DNA of 64,000 nucleotides, from the NCBI GenBank assembly GCA_037447605.1, contig CM074804.1:6425909-6489908 (forward strand), read 5' to 3'. Made by a program: the position numbers and the translations under genes. This DNA comes from Zygnema circumcarinatum SAG 698-1b. Its lineage: Eukaryota; Plantae; Zygnematophyceae. Positions 46,901-61,900 of the stretch are shown one piece after another. Each line of letters opens with the position of its first letter. Position 1 is the first letter of the stretch. The notes beneath the pieces are model-generated. The model had not been told where the DNA came from. It made no database searches and worked only from the letters and a program-made list of their open reading frames with translations.

Positions 46901-49900
46901 CTCTAACGATATGTAGTGCACAAAACCATCTCATCATAGTGCACTTTGCATCTCAACCCATGAGTTTCGGTCGTAGCTTACCTGAGCAGGTAAATCGAGA
47001 ACCCGGCAAGCTCCAAGTTTGCGAAGTGCCCCCATAGAGAGCAGTATCTGCGCGCCGGGAGGATTCCGTTGTGAGGCTACCTGGAGGAGCAAACCCAACT
47101 GGGCCTCCCTTGTGTATAGCTGTCTCACAGTTCCAGAAGTTTGTGCGAATATTGCCTGCCATGAACCACCCAAACATTCGGAACGCTAACCACTTCAGAA
47201 AAGGCGAAGCTTTTCAGCTGGCTATGCGTATTGATACATTCAACCAAAAGCATGAACTCGTCTTCTAGACTGCCTGCTAACCTTTTCGAGACAAAGTCAA
47301 GTTCAAGATATGAAAAAAAAAATATCTGATCTGCGTTTTCCTTCACGAGATTTGCTTCAAGAGTGAATGACCTTATTGATCATCAAACGTGCAAGGTTGT
47401 GGCTGCTTCATACAACGCCGGTGGGTATGAAAACAGTGAACTGGCAATCCATCAGTTATTGCTTCCGAGGTCGAGTCAGTCAGAGCACTCACTTGATACG
47501 AATCCCTTTCAATTTCAGCAAGGCAGGATTGGAGCAAGCTTTGGCTTTCCAACTTTGCCAAGAAGAGGGCGGAGTGGTTTTGCTGCCCTTCAAGGAGCAG
47601 TTGTGTGACGAGAGTGCATGCGACGGTGCGGACCACTTCGGCTCCATGGCTCGCATCGCGAACTATTACTTCAAGCAGCTTCTCCGATTCGGCATGAAGG
47701 ATATCAAAATTTGCGCGACGGAGGTTTGCTTCCTCCTGATAGACCTGCCAAATTGGATCAAAGAATGTGAAATTCATGATTCATTGCATTGGCTGGGGTC
47801 CGTCCACTTTTTACAAGCGTAGGTGCATTCTATCAGTCTCAGGTTAAGATATATCGACTGAACAATCAAGCACATAATACAGATTTTTTCACAGCCATGA
47901 CCACAGCTATGTGGGGGTTGACCGACGCGCATAATACAATATCAGAAGTAGCACGCAGAATGCCCATCTTTGAAGACCGCAATCACAACCATAGCTACAG
48001 ACATCTACAGTCTTCGTCCCCTTCTAACCTTTGACATTACATTCAATACATGTTTTTCACTATCTCAATAATGAAAGCCCCTTCCTAACTTGGCACCTTT
48101 GACCGAATCACATAAATTCGAGAGCTGATGCATGAGTATTTCCCGTGCAAACCAGCCACATCATGCAACGAATGAAGAGTTATAGGTGGTACATTTCCGA
48201 TCTCGGGATCATCGTCCTCGTTCGGTCTCTCTGCCCGCACTGTTGACCCTTGGCAGTATTGCAGGTAGGCCAGAAAGATCGCGTAGAGTCTGCCAATCAA
48301 GGGTCCAAACAAGTCAATTTGACTTAATCTGAAACCATGAACCGGATCACATTTACTTTGAATAAAACTGCGATTATGAAATGCCACTCTCCCATGCACA
48401 TCGGCATCAAGTCACGATGGGGGAAAAGCATGCTGATTAGAAGGTTACCTCTTCCGGAGATTCCCTGAACTCTCCGACCGAAGAACAGCCGCCACAAGTC
48501 TGGACAAAATTGCTTTGCACGCGAAAACGGGAAGGCGGCGTTTGGTCAAAAGGTCAACGACAGTGACGTCATCACCCGTGTCGTTTGCCCCACCTTCTTC
48601 CCCTACAATCGTCAGCTCTCGCAGCTTCACCATCGCCGCCAAAGCGACCTGCTTGCCATGCATCCCCCCACTTTACCCGCCGGTCAACAAGGGACTCGAA
48701 CATATGCTGCTGTCTCAGGAGCAGCAGTGAAAAATGACGACTGCTCGCTGCTCATATGCATTCTCATACTTAGAAACGAATGTGGGTTACTGGTATCCTT
48801 GTTTCGAAAAGGAGATACATACATTTGGACTTTAAAATACAAAATAGAGAGATTGACTACAGAGGGAAAACACTGGGATTGTCCAAGAGGGAAAAGGCAT
48901 TTCTGAAACAAATCTACAAAACCGTAGGAACAGCAAGAGAAGCGAGTCCTCACTTGCCTCATTAAGGCATGCCTGACATCAAAGACATCAAAATCACCAG
49001 CCTCCTATCCGATCTCCATGCTGCTTGACCTTACAAGTCCATTCAGATCGCCTGCCTCAGAATGAAATGCATTCCATGTTACTGCTAAACATTCAAGCCC
49101 ACGCTGAGCAAGACATAGGGGAGAATCCATCTCTCTATGGAAACTATAGACTGGACAACCCCTCAGCTGCATACGCACCTGACTGAATTGGAAAGCCATG
49201 TCGAGGGAACACCTTGATGAAGCAATTGCCTTCAACGATGCCTCCATTACTCTGCACAGAATGGAGAGATGTTTGGGGCACTTGATTCAGAGGTGCTCTT
49301 AAGCTCTACCTCCAGTTCTGACTCTAGCAAACAACATATTATGCCCAGGCCCCCTGTTACCTGCGCCGTAACTTTTTGCTATCACTGACTACCATTCTAC
49401 ACCTACAACAATAAAAGGTCCACAAACTGCATTCACGACGATGGAGGTTCCTTCCATAAATGCACTTACACAAACAGGGGCTGTGTGAGCGAATCCTCTT
49501 GCAAAATTTCAAATCGCTTTAAAATTGCAATCTGCAAGTCAAGTTCCCATCTTGCGACCATAAGTCGAATATGATAGATTAGGGCTCTGATTGCCATAAC
49601 TTGACTCTTTCTGGAATGATATGCACAATGCAGTTCCCACGGAAATGCACGTCGAAAAAGTTGGTTCCACCAAGACGACAGAGTCCATCATATTCGCAAA
49701 CTTGAAAATACAGCAGTTTTCCCTTTCTCCCAGTCGCTTCCACCAACCCCAGACCTTCATTGTAACTGCTACGTAACCTAACCTCCTCACTTCATCCCCC
49801 CCAAACTCACTAAACTCTTTCCACGACCTTCATGCATCCTCTACCACAATCCTCAGCAACTTCCTAACGAAGAATTCCCATGCTCCTATGCCTTCCTAAG

Positions 49901-52900
49901 AGGGCAGCCCGAGATGGCCCGTACCTGCCCCAGCTGCGCCCAGGCCATGGCCATGTGAAGCTGCGCCGCCCTCTCCTCCGCGACCTCATTGCTCCTCTTC
50001 GCCCACCGAAGGGCCTCCATGGCCGCCTCGCGGAGAGTGGCCAGGTCGGAGGGTGTCAGGGAGAGGGTGTACTGGGTTTCGATACGATCACACTCCTGAT
50101 GGCTCAGCGGACCACAGATGGGGGTCAGCTGAGGGTGGTGCCACGTGCTTATCCGCCCAAGCATTCCTCGTCAATAGGCTACATTCCGCATCGGCTCAAA
50201 AGGAATTGCACTAAGAGGCTCTTGCCTCGCCGGGCAGTAATTAGATTATGGCCCTTTTCTGACAAGCAGAATGCGAAGCCTACAACATCTGCAAAAGAAG
50301 GTCTTAAGGAAGAATGCAAATTGGTTGGAAAGCGTGAAGTATACCATTAGCAAAATGCTTTCGGCAAACTAACTGCCTATTACTTGTGGAAACTCGCGAA
50401 CTCGTCCAACGAATTACTAGCTCGTTTCAAACATGCAGATCGTGTGGCGACAGACAGTCACCCGCACTCAGTCAAAAAAGCAAATGGCAGACCACCAGCG
50501 TGCTGGCTTTTACTAGGGATTTCGAAGTTTCACACTCTCGGAAGTTTTCTTCAAGTATGCTTCGCACTCTTTGAAACCATATGTTAATAAGAGATTTAAA
50601 GAACATAACCTTCCGATTGCTTATAAACTTAATTAGTTAGTAATGGGCTTGCAGGAAGCAAGCCCATTACCTTGGCCTACCATTCAGTGCCATTCAGAGA
50701 GTGGTTTAGAATTTAGTCTGATTATCCATTACTTTTCCTGCAGTGCACACATACGCTTTTGAGGTAGAGAGGTCCACATGAGATAGGAAAGAAAGCCTGT
50801 TGGCTTACCTGCCAAAGGCTGCGCTCCAACCTTGGTATGTCGATTGGACCATCGGCACGATCTGAAGGCTGAAGATTAGCGTCTACAGCAGTGGAAGCGC
50901 TTCTTAGAAGCTCAGGCACCTGCGGAAATACAGGTCACCACATTATCTTTAGGCCTTATAGCTGCTACATGCAGGTTTTTGGACCATTTTCTGCTGCCAT
51001 CAATCACACTCAGGCAAACAGCACTGGGGTCCAAAAATGTTTCTGCAGATGGTTATGACGGCAATGATGATTAGAATAACCGAAACACTCATCTGCTCCA
51101 TGGAAAGATGGGCATTGAAATGGAAGGGGGGGCCACAGCGAGCCTCATACACTCAATACTGCTTAGTATTTGGCCAAAGAAAGGGAGAAGCCTTAACGTC
51201 CTGACCTACAATATCCGCCTTGATAGTTTTATTGTACATAGACTCTCCTACGACCTTATCCATGATGGCGGCACTGTCTTACCTTCAACTCCTTGAAGAC
51301 CGCCTCTATCTTTTGAGGCCATTGCCGCTGTACTTCAGGTACTCTATACAACAAAATGTCTAACAACTTCAATACCTGCCATACATGCTCCAAACAAGCC
51401 AATGGCCCCCGATTCCAGCGGGCAAAGCAAAACAACGGATTAAAGACGAGAAACAGAAATGAGAAAAAGTGACAGAGACTTTTTAAGGGAAATGATTGCT
51501 GCTGGATGGGAGGTGAAAGAGCGGTGAACAAGGTGAAAGAAGGGCTTTGGAGTTAGCAAAAGGCAACACAGTCCTTTGGACTAACAATTGGTGGGCGAGA
51601 TGCACATTCCCAAAGTAATGCTTCCATTCTATTCCTGCTCAAACCACATTCTTCATTCAAGAGTTATCGCCACACATCACAGTATCTCCAAAAATTGGCC
51701 TTTGCTGCTGGCTCATACAGCATTAGTACAAAAATGTTCCTGCTTTCAACCAAAAAAAAAAAAAAAACAACACAATTGAAGGACATTCCTCTGTCAACCG
51801 CGTTAGACAATTCACCATTGCTTCCTTCCTTATGTCTCCTCCCAGTATTTTCTCACCTTCGCCTCTTTCAAGTCACCCGCTGCTCCTTCACCGACGCCAT
51901 TAGCGGATGGCGACTGAAAGAAGAGGTGGTGGAGGAGAGTTTGGTCGGTGAGCCGGCGCTGCTGCAGAGCCGGGTCTGCGGTGAAAAGGCGCCAAGCGAG
52001 CAGCTTCAATAGCCAAGCCCTCTGCTAGAAACAAACACATCTCCCCAAAACAAGGTGCAATGAACATGAGCATTGCATGAGCACATGGTAACGTGACACA
52101 ACATTTCCATTCCCATAACTCTCCTTTGAATGTTGAAATCAAGTTGTTCGAATGTGCATGGGCCACGAATATTACTGACTACTTTTCATCAAAGATGTGG
52201 TGGTTAGGTTCATTGGACCCATTCAAATGCGAAATCTCTTGTTTTGACGTAGGTTTGAATTTCACTAGGCCTGATCTCCTTCACGTTGCATCCAAAAGTC
52301 TAAAACCCGCCTTTTTTTTCCTTCCCTCATTCCTCATTTTTTCCTTTTCTACATCTCAACCACACCTAAATTTCTCTGCCTTCCTCTTGCGTCTTTCTTC
52401 ATTCCCTCAGTTTTTTCCTCAAAACACTGTGGCAGCTTCAGCACTACGACGACGACATTGAGCAATCTTTACCGGAACAGCAGCAAGTAGAGGGGAAACA
52501 TGGTAAGCCACTCCCAAAAGGCCCCAGTAACGCCTTTGTTCATTTCCTTATTTCCAAGGTTCCTCGGAAAAGAGAGAGAAACTGTTGTGTTTTAGCACTA
52601 AGCCAGCCTTTCAAAAAGTGAGAAATTCATGTTCCTGTCACCTGCTGCAAGCTGCTCATTCGCAGAGCGTGGTCGGCGGGCGGGGGGAGGGCGTCACAGG
52701 CGGTCGCATAAAGGAGGTCGCAAAGGAAGTCAAAATGAAAGGTTTGGAGAAAATTTGTGGTCACGTCACGGGTTGGCTGTTCAGTGCACAAACGGTAGAG
52801 CAGCTCTAAGCTCATCTCCTGCAGACGGGCATGCAATGCCACGTCCTCCACTTGTGATATCTCGCCCAGAATCACATTCAAACAGCTGCACCAAGAGACA

Positions 52901-55900
52901 TTGAAATCCCAACCCTCAGTAGCTGATGGAGCCAAACTGAAGGCTTTCTCAGAAGTGCACATGCAGATCGATATGAGAAAAAAGAGATACCACACATACC
53001 AGGAACAACAAAAGGTAAACGTCATTCCGCGGGCGGAGAACAGAGCATGGATTCGGGATTGACTATCCATAGGAACAGAACACCATCTCCAAAATACCAT
53101 TAAACAAAAAAACGGGCACAGTACCATAATCACCTACTTAAAGTCTCCTCTGTGCTGTAGCTCTGTCCATTCCACAGATAACTCGACATCGAAACCGAGC
53201 AAAAGATGTGCGATGTTTGGAGCGCGCTTTCCCAAAGCATTCAGGCACAACTGCGCTCGCGTCCCGGCCAAGCAATTTCAAGTTCAGAAGGAAACAGTTG
53301 CCAACAAGAGCAAGGGACAAGCCCAGGGACCTCAATCCAAGGAGTTTTTCATCACCTATAGAGCAATGCTTGTATCTGAGGGAAGCGCGTGTCTAGGGAA
53401 AACTCCGTCATATCCAAGAGTTGTAAATCATTCGTTTCAATTCGTTTCGCCATCGCGAGTTCAATGAAAGTTCTCTCTCTATTCGTTTCAATAATTGGTT
53501 AGATCTCGAATAGCTTTTTGATGCAACAACACATAGGAAGGTGCTCATGTTATGGGGCTTTTGTCGAACCAGGCAAACATTAGCAGCAAAGTAGGCAAAA
53601 AGTCCTGATTCTTGGAAATACATTCTGAAAGAACCTTGCTTCGCTGATAGTCGTATCAATTAATCAAAGACTATTAACACCATTTCAGCTTACGGAAGGC
53701 AGCAAACCTGCAAAATGAGAAATCCGATATCTTCCTCTAAGTCATCACTGGAAGATGCCTTGAAGCTCTGGTCCAGGATTGATGCATAGCTAAGTTTCAA
53801 GTCCTTGGCCGCATGCCTCTCGACTATGATTGCGACGAGGTTTGGTACCCTTTCGCTGACCCTCCCACAGTTCACAAGAAAGCCCAGTGATTACCAATCC
53901 CCTATAAATGGTTGGGTAAGACCAACAAAGCATTTCTGAGCTCACACATTACAGATCATTTCTAAGCACATGCCACAAGAACTAGTTTATACCTACTGCC
54001 GTTCATCTCCATTTTTGCCTTCACCGTTTGCTTTGAAATATTCGTAGGCTTTATCTGAAGAAGCATCTGATTCTTGTGCATGTCACTCACCTCAACACAC
54101 TCATTATCTGGATCGACCATCGGGCAATCTCCGGCTCTTTTGCGTATCCAACATACTCCAGCAGGGCCACCATTTGACGGTTTTCATATCCCAGCAGAAC
54201 ATGCAATGGCTTGTAAGGCATCCGCCAGCTGTTAGCCAGCTGGAGGTCCTTCTTGAATGCCAACAAAAATATTCGGAGGCAGAGGCTCACGGCATCTTTC
54301 ATGTGAATGCCGAACGCCTGCGTGGTTACAGCCTCCCTCACTGTTTCTGGCCCGAGTGTTACGATCGCCATCATGTTGCGATATATAGTGTCTCCTGACA
54401 GTAGATCCTGTCACCACCAAAGGGGGAAAGACGGAAGCACAATGTCAAGAAGCGGTCTATGTCAGAGGCAGCTCGCTTGCGACCAACCGTGAGCATGCCG
54501 GGATATTTTCGTTTGGATGTCATTGTGTACCACAATGGCAACAACGTATAAATTGAAGATTAGTTTCCGCTTAGCTCCATGGAAAAAGGACGTCGTTGCT
54601 CATTTCACGGTCATGTTTAATGTTTCTCTCCAAGAGCTACTTCATATCGACAGGCCCAATTAGAAAGAGCAAGCAGCGAGAGCAACCTTCATGATCTCTT
54701 GACCCGGCGGCGCAGGCACGCCTTCCAAGCCTGCGGCTAACGCTCCACTAATGGAGTCGGCCGCTCCCTCATTGGCAGGCTCGTACAGCTCCAACATTAA
54801 CTCGAAGTGTCTAAGGGCTGCCACGGCAATCTGCCACTTCTCTGAAACGTCCTTGTATGCACGTTGAGAATAGCCACTGAACACGTGATCTTTCACGAAT
54901 CGAAATTGAGAAGTGTACCTGCATAGTATGGTTTCAGGCATTCAGAAACTTCCATATGACGATGGGCCAGGGTCGCCTCTGTGAGGCACCAAGCAGTTGA
55001 CTAAAAACATTTTCGCCTTTCACATGGCCAGATTCGCACCCAAACTTTCCTGCTTCCCTCGGGATTACGAGAGCCCATGGCAGCATTCTAGAACCAACTA
55101 TAGGGATGTTCGCTATCCGCCACTGTAAGGAAGAACTCTGAATTATCCCTGTTCCCAGTTCTCTCACCCGTTGTCTGAACCAAAACATAAACTCCACTGC
55201 TCATGCGCTGCATGCAGGCCCGTGATGTCCGAATATGAAGTTTCAGAGCGGTAATTCTGATTCTGATTCGTTTTCTTCCGATTATGTCACGAAGCGCTAA
55301 AAATCACTAAATAATCGCCCAATAACCAGCTCCTGCCCCATTGGCCATGTGTAGTGTGACTCTGCTTTCTCTAGAAGCTTCTAGTTTAGCAACTTAGTTT
55401 AGCTATTGAGGCGTAAAGAGAAGTTTGTTTGATACATTGGCACGCACCTTCGTCCCATATCTGTAGAAGAGGGAAGATTTCCAATGAGAACATTAAACAA
55501 GTTGATGTACGAAAGGGTGGAGGGATACTGTTCGAGGCGAGATTCCACATCTGTGAGCTCCGTAGCCATGTCATAACCCTGCAATAGCCAACATTCGAGA
55601 GAAGAGAGAAATGATGGGTCACCTGAACTACCCTAAGCCTGATAGAAAGTTTAAATGGCTTAGACTACTGAGCAGACTCAAACCAGCTCAAGCTGGTAAC
55701 AAAAGGTAACAATAGTAAACGTACAATGAGAGAATGCCCGCATAATGCTGCAAGGAGTCAGTCTCAAACATATAGATCTCAACTTCGTCCACGCCGCAAC
55801 AAGGCGGAGGTTTGATACAGTACGAGCCAGAATCCATAGGCAAGCAGATACACCTTATGACTAGAGTGTAAAGTTCCTCCCACCTTCTGAGAAGTTCCGA

Positions 55901-58900
55901 GTACTCCTTGGACAGATTTTGCTGCCACAGGAGGCAGCTCCCACTTCGACTGCAGGTCGCTTATGAAATTGTGACACGTTGGACATCTTATTGCAAACGT
56001 CCCGATGGCCATCCTCAAAGCTCCTTTGAGGCTGGGAGGGACTCTGGGGTATTGCAAAAGGTGGAATAGCCTTTCAATCCGTGAGTTCCGTGAGTTGTCA
56101 CGGAGCCAAGGTTCAAGGTACTCAGGCGAAAGATGCTCCATCACCTGATGGGAAAAGACCGGTTGTACAAAAAACAAAAAGAAATGCGACTGTTAGACAG
56201 AAATTTTTCCGTGCTATGGCAACATTCCTCCCAGTGAAGTTTCGTGTACAATAACTGAGCACGTCTATGTGAAGGGACGCAAATGGAGGACCAGGCACTT
56301 CCCACATGTAGCATGTCCTAAAATGGATGAACATTCACTGAAGGAAACAATGGCAGCCTGGTCTGCTGAAGCTTCTTTTTGAATGACATTAGCCCTCTAG
56401 CTTCCACACCGCGTTTTTTGACTGACCCTTCCTGGAAGCATACATGGTGCATCAACTTAACGCCCACATAGGGAGCAAACACAAAAGTGCGCCTAACAAT
56501 GGGACACAAAGTATGTTGTCATACTGCTATGGGCACATGTAGAGACGAGTAGGACACAGAAATGACAAGGATACAATAAGAAAAACGATGTTAAGTTCAC
56601 GTTTGGCAAATCCGAAGCTCGATGAAACGACAACAAACGGTAGGTAACACTAACAAAGAGTGTTAAGTGGCAAGTCATTAAAACTGACATCGAGACTGAA
56701 TATGTTCATGTGTACTCAATAAGCTCACGCAGCGACTCAATGACTCAACGATACTTTCATAGCGCGAAGTGCCCACTTGGCCTTCCCACTCCTTGTCAAC
56801 GACGTTCCAGTGCCCTTTAGATGAACGCACCTCCTTTAGGCACTGCAGATATGCTTCTAACATATCAATGTCTTCTTGAATCACGCCGCTAACAAGCAGA
56901 CCAGATTGCTGTGCGCCTGCCTTCCCCCGCTGGTCAACCTCAAAAAGCTTATGAAAGACTTCAAGCTTGTCGAAGAGGGCAAGCCATGAGATTTGCTGGC
57001 TGCCAGATTTATTGAGATAGTCGAAAACCCACTCAGCACCATGATCTTCGGTGGCCTGCTCCCAAATGCATGTCAAGAATTCAGAGTACTGAAGGAGATG
57101 GAAAAACAGGTTCTAACAGATACTTGGCAGCACAGGTAAATGAGACAAAGTCCGCGAGCATCTATTCACCGATAATCGGAAATTGGTCTTGACTTCTCTC
57201 AAATCAAATTCAAAACTATAAAATGAATTACGTTTACTCAATTGAATCTATCTTGCCATTTTAAATCCCAATCTCAAAACGTGCGTTAAAATCTGTATCG
57301 CCCCTTATTCAATGCAGAATGTCAAATCTTGAAATTAACGCAACCCTGCCCCTTCCCCTTCACAAAAAAAATAATAATTCACACACACGTTCGAGCATCC
57401 AAAAGGGTAGAAACTGACTCCAAGGATTTCAAAGGTTTCAACCTAGCCTCAAAACAAAGTTATGGCATGTGAACTTTGCGTGAAACACGTGAGCACTTTC
57501 CACGACCTCACAATAACTCGACTACTTGCCCTGCAAGAGTCTGCGGAAGCTTACAAGTGCAGCAAGGAGATTTAGAAAGGGAGTCGCTGTTCTGTGACTT
57601 CTGTGCTCCTCCCCGGCAAATGTCACGAAATCCCACATATCTGAGCTCTGATTCATCACCTTCGGGGCGCACCGATAGGCCTGTCCGACCACCTCCAGAG
57701 AAGCTAGGAATGCTTCGGATGAAGGAGAAAGAGTTTTGGCAGTTTTCGACTGTCCCGCAAACTGATACTTGGTGGTTTGAACTTCAGTCAGAGCTGCATC
57801 TCTGAGAGATATTAGAAGCGAACGACCACTTCTAAAAAACACCGTCAAGAAACCATTGAAAATAGTACACACGCAACTTTTCACCTCCGTGTCGTCATCC
57901 TGCGATACAACAATGAAATAGCAGATTTGCATTAGATGTTAGCTGCGACCGCATCAAAGCCTTCCAAGCATGATTGAGAAAGGAAAGACACTCGAATAAG
58001 TAATGCAAATGGTTGTCAATGATGAATGAACATAGGATCAGCCTTTGTAGTTCCCAATACAGATACCAGCCAGAAAACAAGTGACAACTTATTTATTTTT
58101 GATTTTTTTTCAATTTTTTATTTTGAGAATTCTACATAGTGTTCTAAGTGCGTCATGTAAGCTCAACTGACATCTTGGACCTCCTCTATGGATCCATCAC
58201 TAGTTCTAAGCTTTAGATATCCATGAACGTAAGAATACCCCGAATATTTGGTGACACCAGATTTCTCCGTCCCTTCACAATTCAAATGAAAGCCGAAAAC
58301 ACAGAACTGAGAATAAAATAGCTTGATATAGTCTTGCTTTGGCATCCAAAACATCTACTGGCAAACCCCAGTTCACTAAGGAGTCTCCGAGGTCTAAAGC
58401 TCACCTGAAATGCAAGATTTTGAAACACGTTGTCTACCAAGAATCTGAAGGCATGAAGAATTGTGGCAGCATCGTGACAAGCCTTGATCACAGTATCCTC
58501 CGCTGCTAATGAGCTGGAATTAGGACCCAGTCCAGTTCCGGAACGATTTGGGGTAACGGCCAAAAAAAATCCAAATATTAATCGGACTAGCGAGAAAAGA
58601 CCGTCGACTTCTCTTGAGGAAGAAGGCATGTTCATAATCTGCAACCGCAGAACCCATCGCAAAAGGTCAAACGCATCTGCCAAAAATGTAATACGTGTGT
58701 ATTCATGGTTCAATAAACCATAACGTATTCTTTAAGAAACGTAGACTTGTAAATGGAACGATATATGCTTGTGGTGTTACAAGACCAGGAGAATGGCAGG
58801 CCAGAGAGGAGCATTAACAAAAATAATAGAGACGAAACAGAATTGAATAAAGATAAGCCATGAAATTGAGACACAAGGATGCTCCTCACCAGTTGACCGA

Positions 58901-61900
58901 AATCCTTCTTAAATGCGCCATCACCGCTCAGCACTTTCGGCATTCCATCGTTCCACATTTCCAGTACTAAAGGAGCCACCAGTGAAAACAACAACCTGTA
59001 CATAATCTATTTCAAAAGGAAACCAACAACCTCCCACAGGCAAAAAGAAAGAATAAAAATATGTACTTTTAGAGGATACCTATATAGTAGTAAAAAGTCC
59101 AAATCAACTTCACCTCAGTAAACCACAATCCAATATCTGCCAAAAACTGTACCGAAGAGTTGTGCAATTCTGAAAAACTCAACTTTGGCATGATGCAATG
59201 TAACTTAATGAATTTAGCAAAAGCACTCTCCTATCCACTGGTAAGTGAGTCGGATGCTCAACTCGACTGGGAACAGGCATAAGTAACTGACTGCTGCGGC
59301 ACTACTGTAGCTTCCCAACAGACAGACTAGGCTTCAGCCATTCGGCCCTTCCGGTGAACAAGTGGACAGGGTACCACTACTCAACACCTGAAATCAGGAT
59401 GCCGGCTTCAAGTCGAATAATTCGAAGACCGAACTATTGAATACTAGTTCAAAGCCTCCCATAACAACCGCTTAACTCACAAAAGCTATGCGTACGTCAG
59501 TACGGCTAAGTTCATAACAAACCTGAAAGTATACATGGTCTTTCCCAGCGGTCCATTCTCGGGCGGAATCCCGCAGCACTGCAAAAAGGTCCTTTGCCTC
59601 CACAGGGCCTGCTGGTTGAAAAGGTTGAGGGAAGCCACCCTCCAAATCCCCCAAGGACTCCGTGAAATAAAATGAGAAAGCTGATGGTAGCCATAAAAAT
59701 GAGTAATGCTTTTTTTGCTTAGCCACAGCTAAACAAACAGGGTCTAATTAATATTGGCACAAATGATGTACAACTCAACTAAAAAAAGGCCTCTAGGAAT
59801 CTTTGATGATATTATAAGAAACACCTAGAGGAAGCGTAAAGCAGGACAGGCTTGGAGAAGTTCAGTACGAGTTTGCAGACTGTAGTTGCAGACACTTCCT
59901 TGACACTTCTTCTTTCGTAGCTAAGTCTTTGGCTTAGCTTTGACTCTCTGATTGAAAGGAATTTATTTCAGAAACCAACCGTGTTCTCCATGAGAGGCAA
60001 ACACCTGTTAAGCCCTCGAAGGGGCTTCTAAGATACGGCCTTTGTGAACTTTAGGAGACAACACGCTCCATTGACACTCCCAACACATCAAAAGAAAACC
60101 TTCCATCCTCATGAGACAACAAAAGCAATCCTCGTGACTTGCAGCAGTACACGAGTTCGACCTGATCCAATTCGATTCGTCGTCGCATGGACAATCAACC
60201 TATGTTCTCCCTTAGAGACGACGTCAGCAAAGAGCATCCATAGTAAAAAACATTTCTGTCAAAGTCGGGACATAGGATACCTCACCAATTTCCTTCACTT
60301 GAGATGAGTAAAGAAGACACTCTGCTAGTTTGCAACGTTCCTGTTGAACCACATCTTTCCGCCTTGCCAGTGTATACTGAGAATCCATCACTTCAGGCTC
60401 TGCCGAGGGAGCACCAACTCCATTTGCGTCCTCTCGATTCAATTCGTTGATAAGAAAAAGTATCCGCTTTCGAAAATCTCCCCCAAGAAGCTCTTTAAGA
60501 TAATCAAGGCTTTCCTTGCATATAGCGCTATCTACATTCAATTCTACAACTGCAAGCTGCACGTGACAAGGCCATGGATAAACCGTCATCAAAACTCCAT
60601 GATACCTTGCCGCATTTCCAGAAATAACCAAAAAAACGCAGAAAGCACAGGAGACACGCAGGGCGCTCAGATATGGTCTTATCAGACCCAAAGAATGAGT
60701 TATTCGTCGAGGTATTACCGGCGATTTAGAGCACGTGGATATTGAACTTGCTAAGCTCAAAAACACACCTGGAAGAGTGTACACAGGGCGTCGAGGACGG
60801 TTTTCCTCTCAGAGAAGAACAGGCCTCCACACAATTGAAGTATTTCCTTCGGTGGCCTCCTTGCAATGGTGAACTGCAGAGAACAGCAGCCAGTTTTCTT
60901 ACAGGAAGCTGAATGGTAAAGTCTCCGTGGATATAAATTACAGTTCAGAGGGCCTGACATGAGTTTGGCGCATCACCTATGCGGTTGAGAAATTTACTGT
61001 TAATGTGCTGCAATAATAGCATTCACAAAACTTCATGCACCTTACTAGCTCTGACGTTTCTACAATATCCTCTGAATTGCTTGTCACACGGACAAACTGG
61101 GATAAGAAGCATGGGAATAAAACATAAAACCCTGGCCCTGTATCCTTATAAAAAACTTTCATTGAAATTTCCAAGAAGTGTGTTAAGGGGAGAGTTGGAG
61201 GAAAAAGGTAATTACAGGCAAGTAACGAACCAAGGAAAACGAGGAGAGGAGGAACAAGCAGTAGCGCAAGGTCACAAGCTAATGAACCTGAGAAGTGATT
61301 TCGTGATTTTGGCAATGACTTTTGTAACTTACATGTGGACTAATCGAAAGTCAAACAGTGTGTTGCCAGAAATCACCTGAAGGTGGGCATCTAAAAGTAG
61401 GCGGACACATTCAAGCTCATTCAGGTTGTAATCCTCGCTCATTTTGAGAGCTATTTGCTCGTCAAGATCATTTAATGGAGTCACCGTTCCGTCAGGCAAC
61501 TGGACTTGCTTCCGCTGCACTTGTAATTTGTCCTCTGGTTTGGGAGGAGGACGAGACAGTAATGTTCTGCCCACCTCACAACCGCATGGAAACATAAAAT
61601 TCAGTTGTAAGAAGCCACGTCAGATAACATTCCAGACCCAAGATTCTAGACAGGATCGCCAAAAAATGCTATGAAGTTGCATGACGGAGAGTTACACGGA
61701 GCCAATATTGAGCTATTGAGCTGAAGACGAGGAGATAGGAGATAGTAATCTGGTCATTAGTGTCTAGATGAGCTTCAAATAGGCGTCGGTCAGGATAGTC
61801 TGAACTCCAGCATCTCACAAGCTCTTTTCGACAACCACTTTTCTAGTACACATCCTCAATTTGGATACTGAGAATTGTTGTTGATGCATTCACAGCCAAG

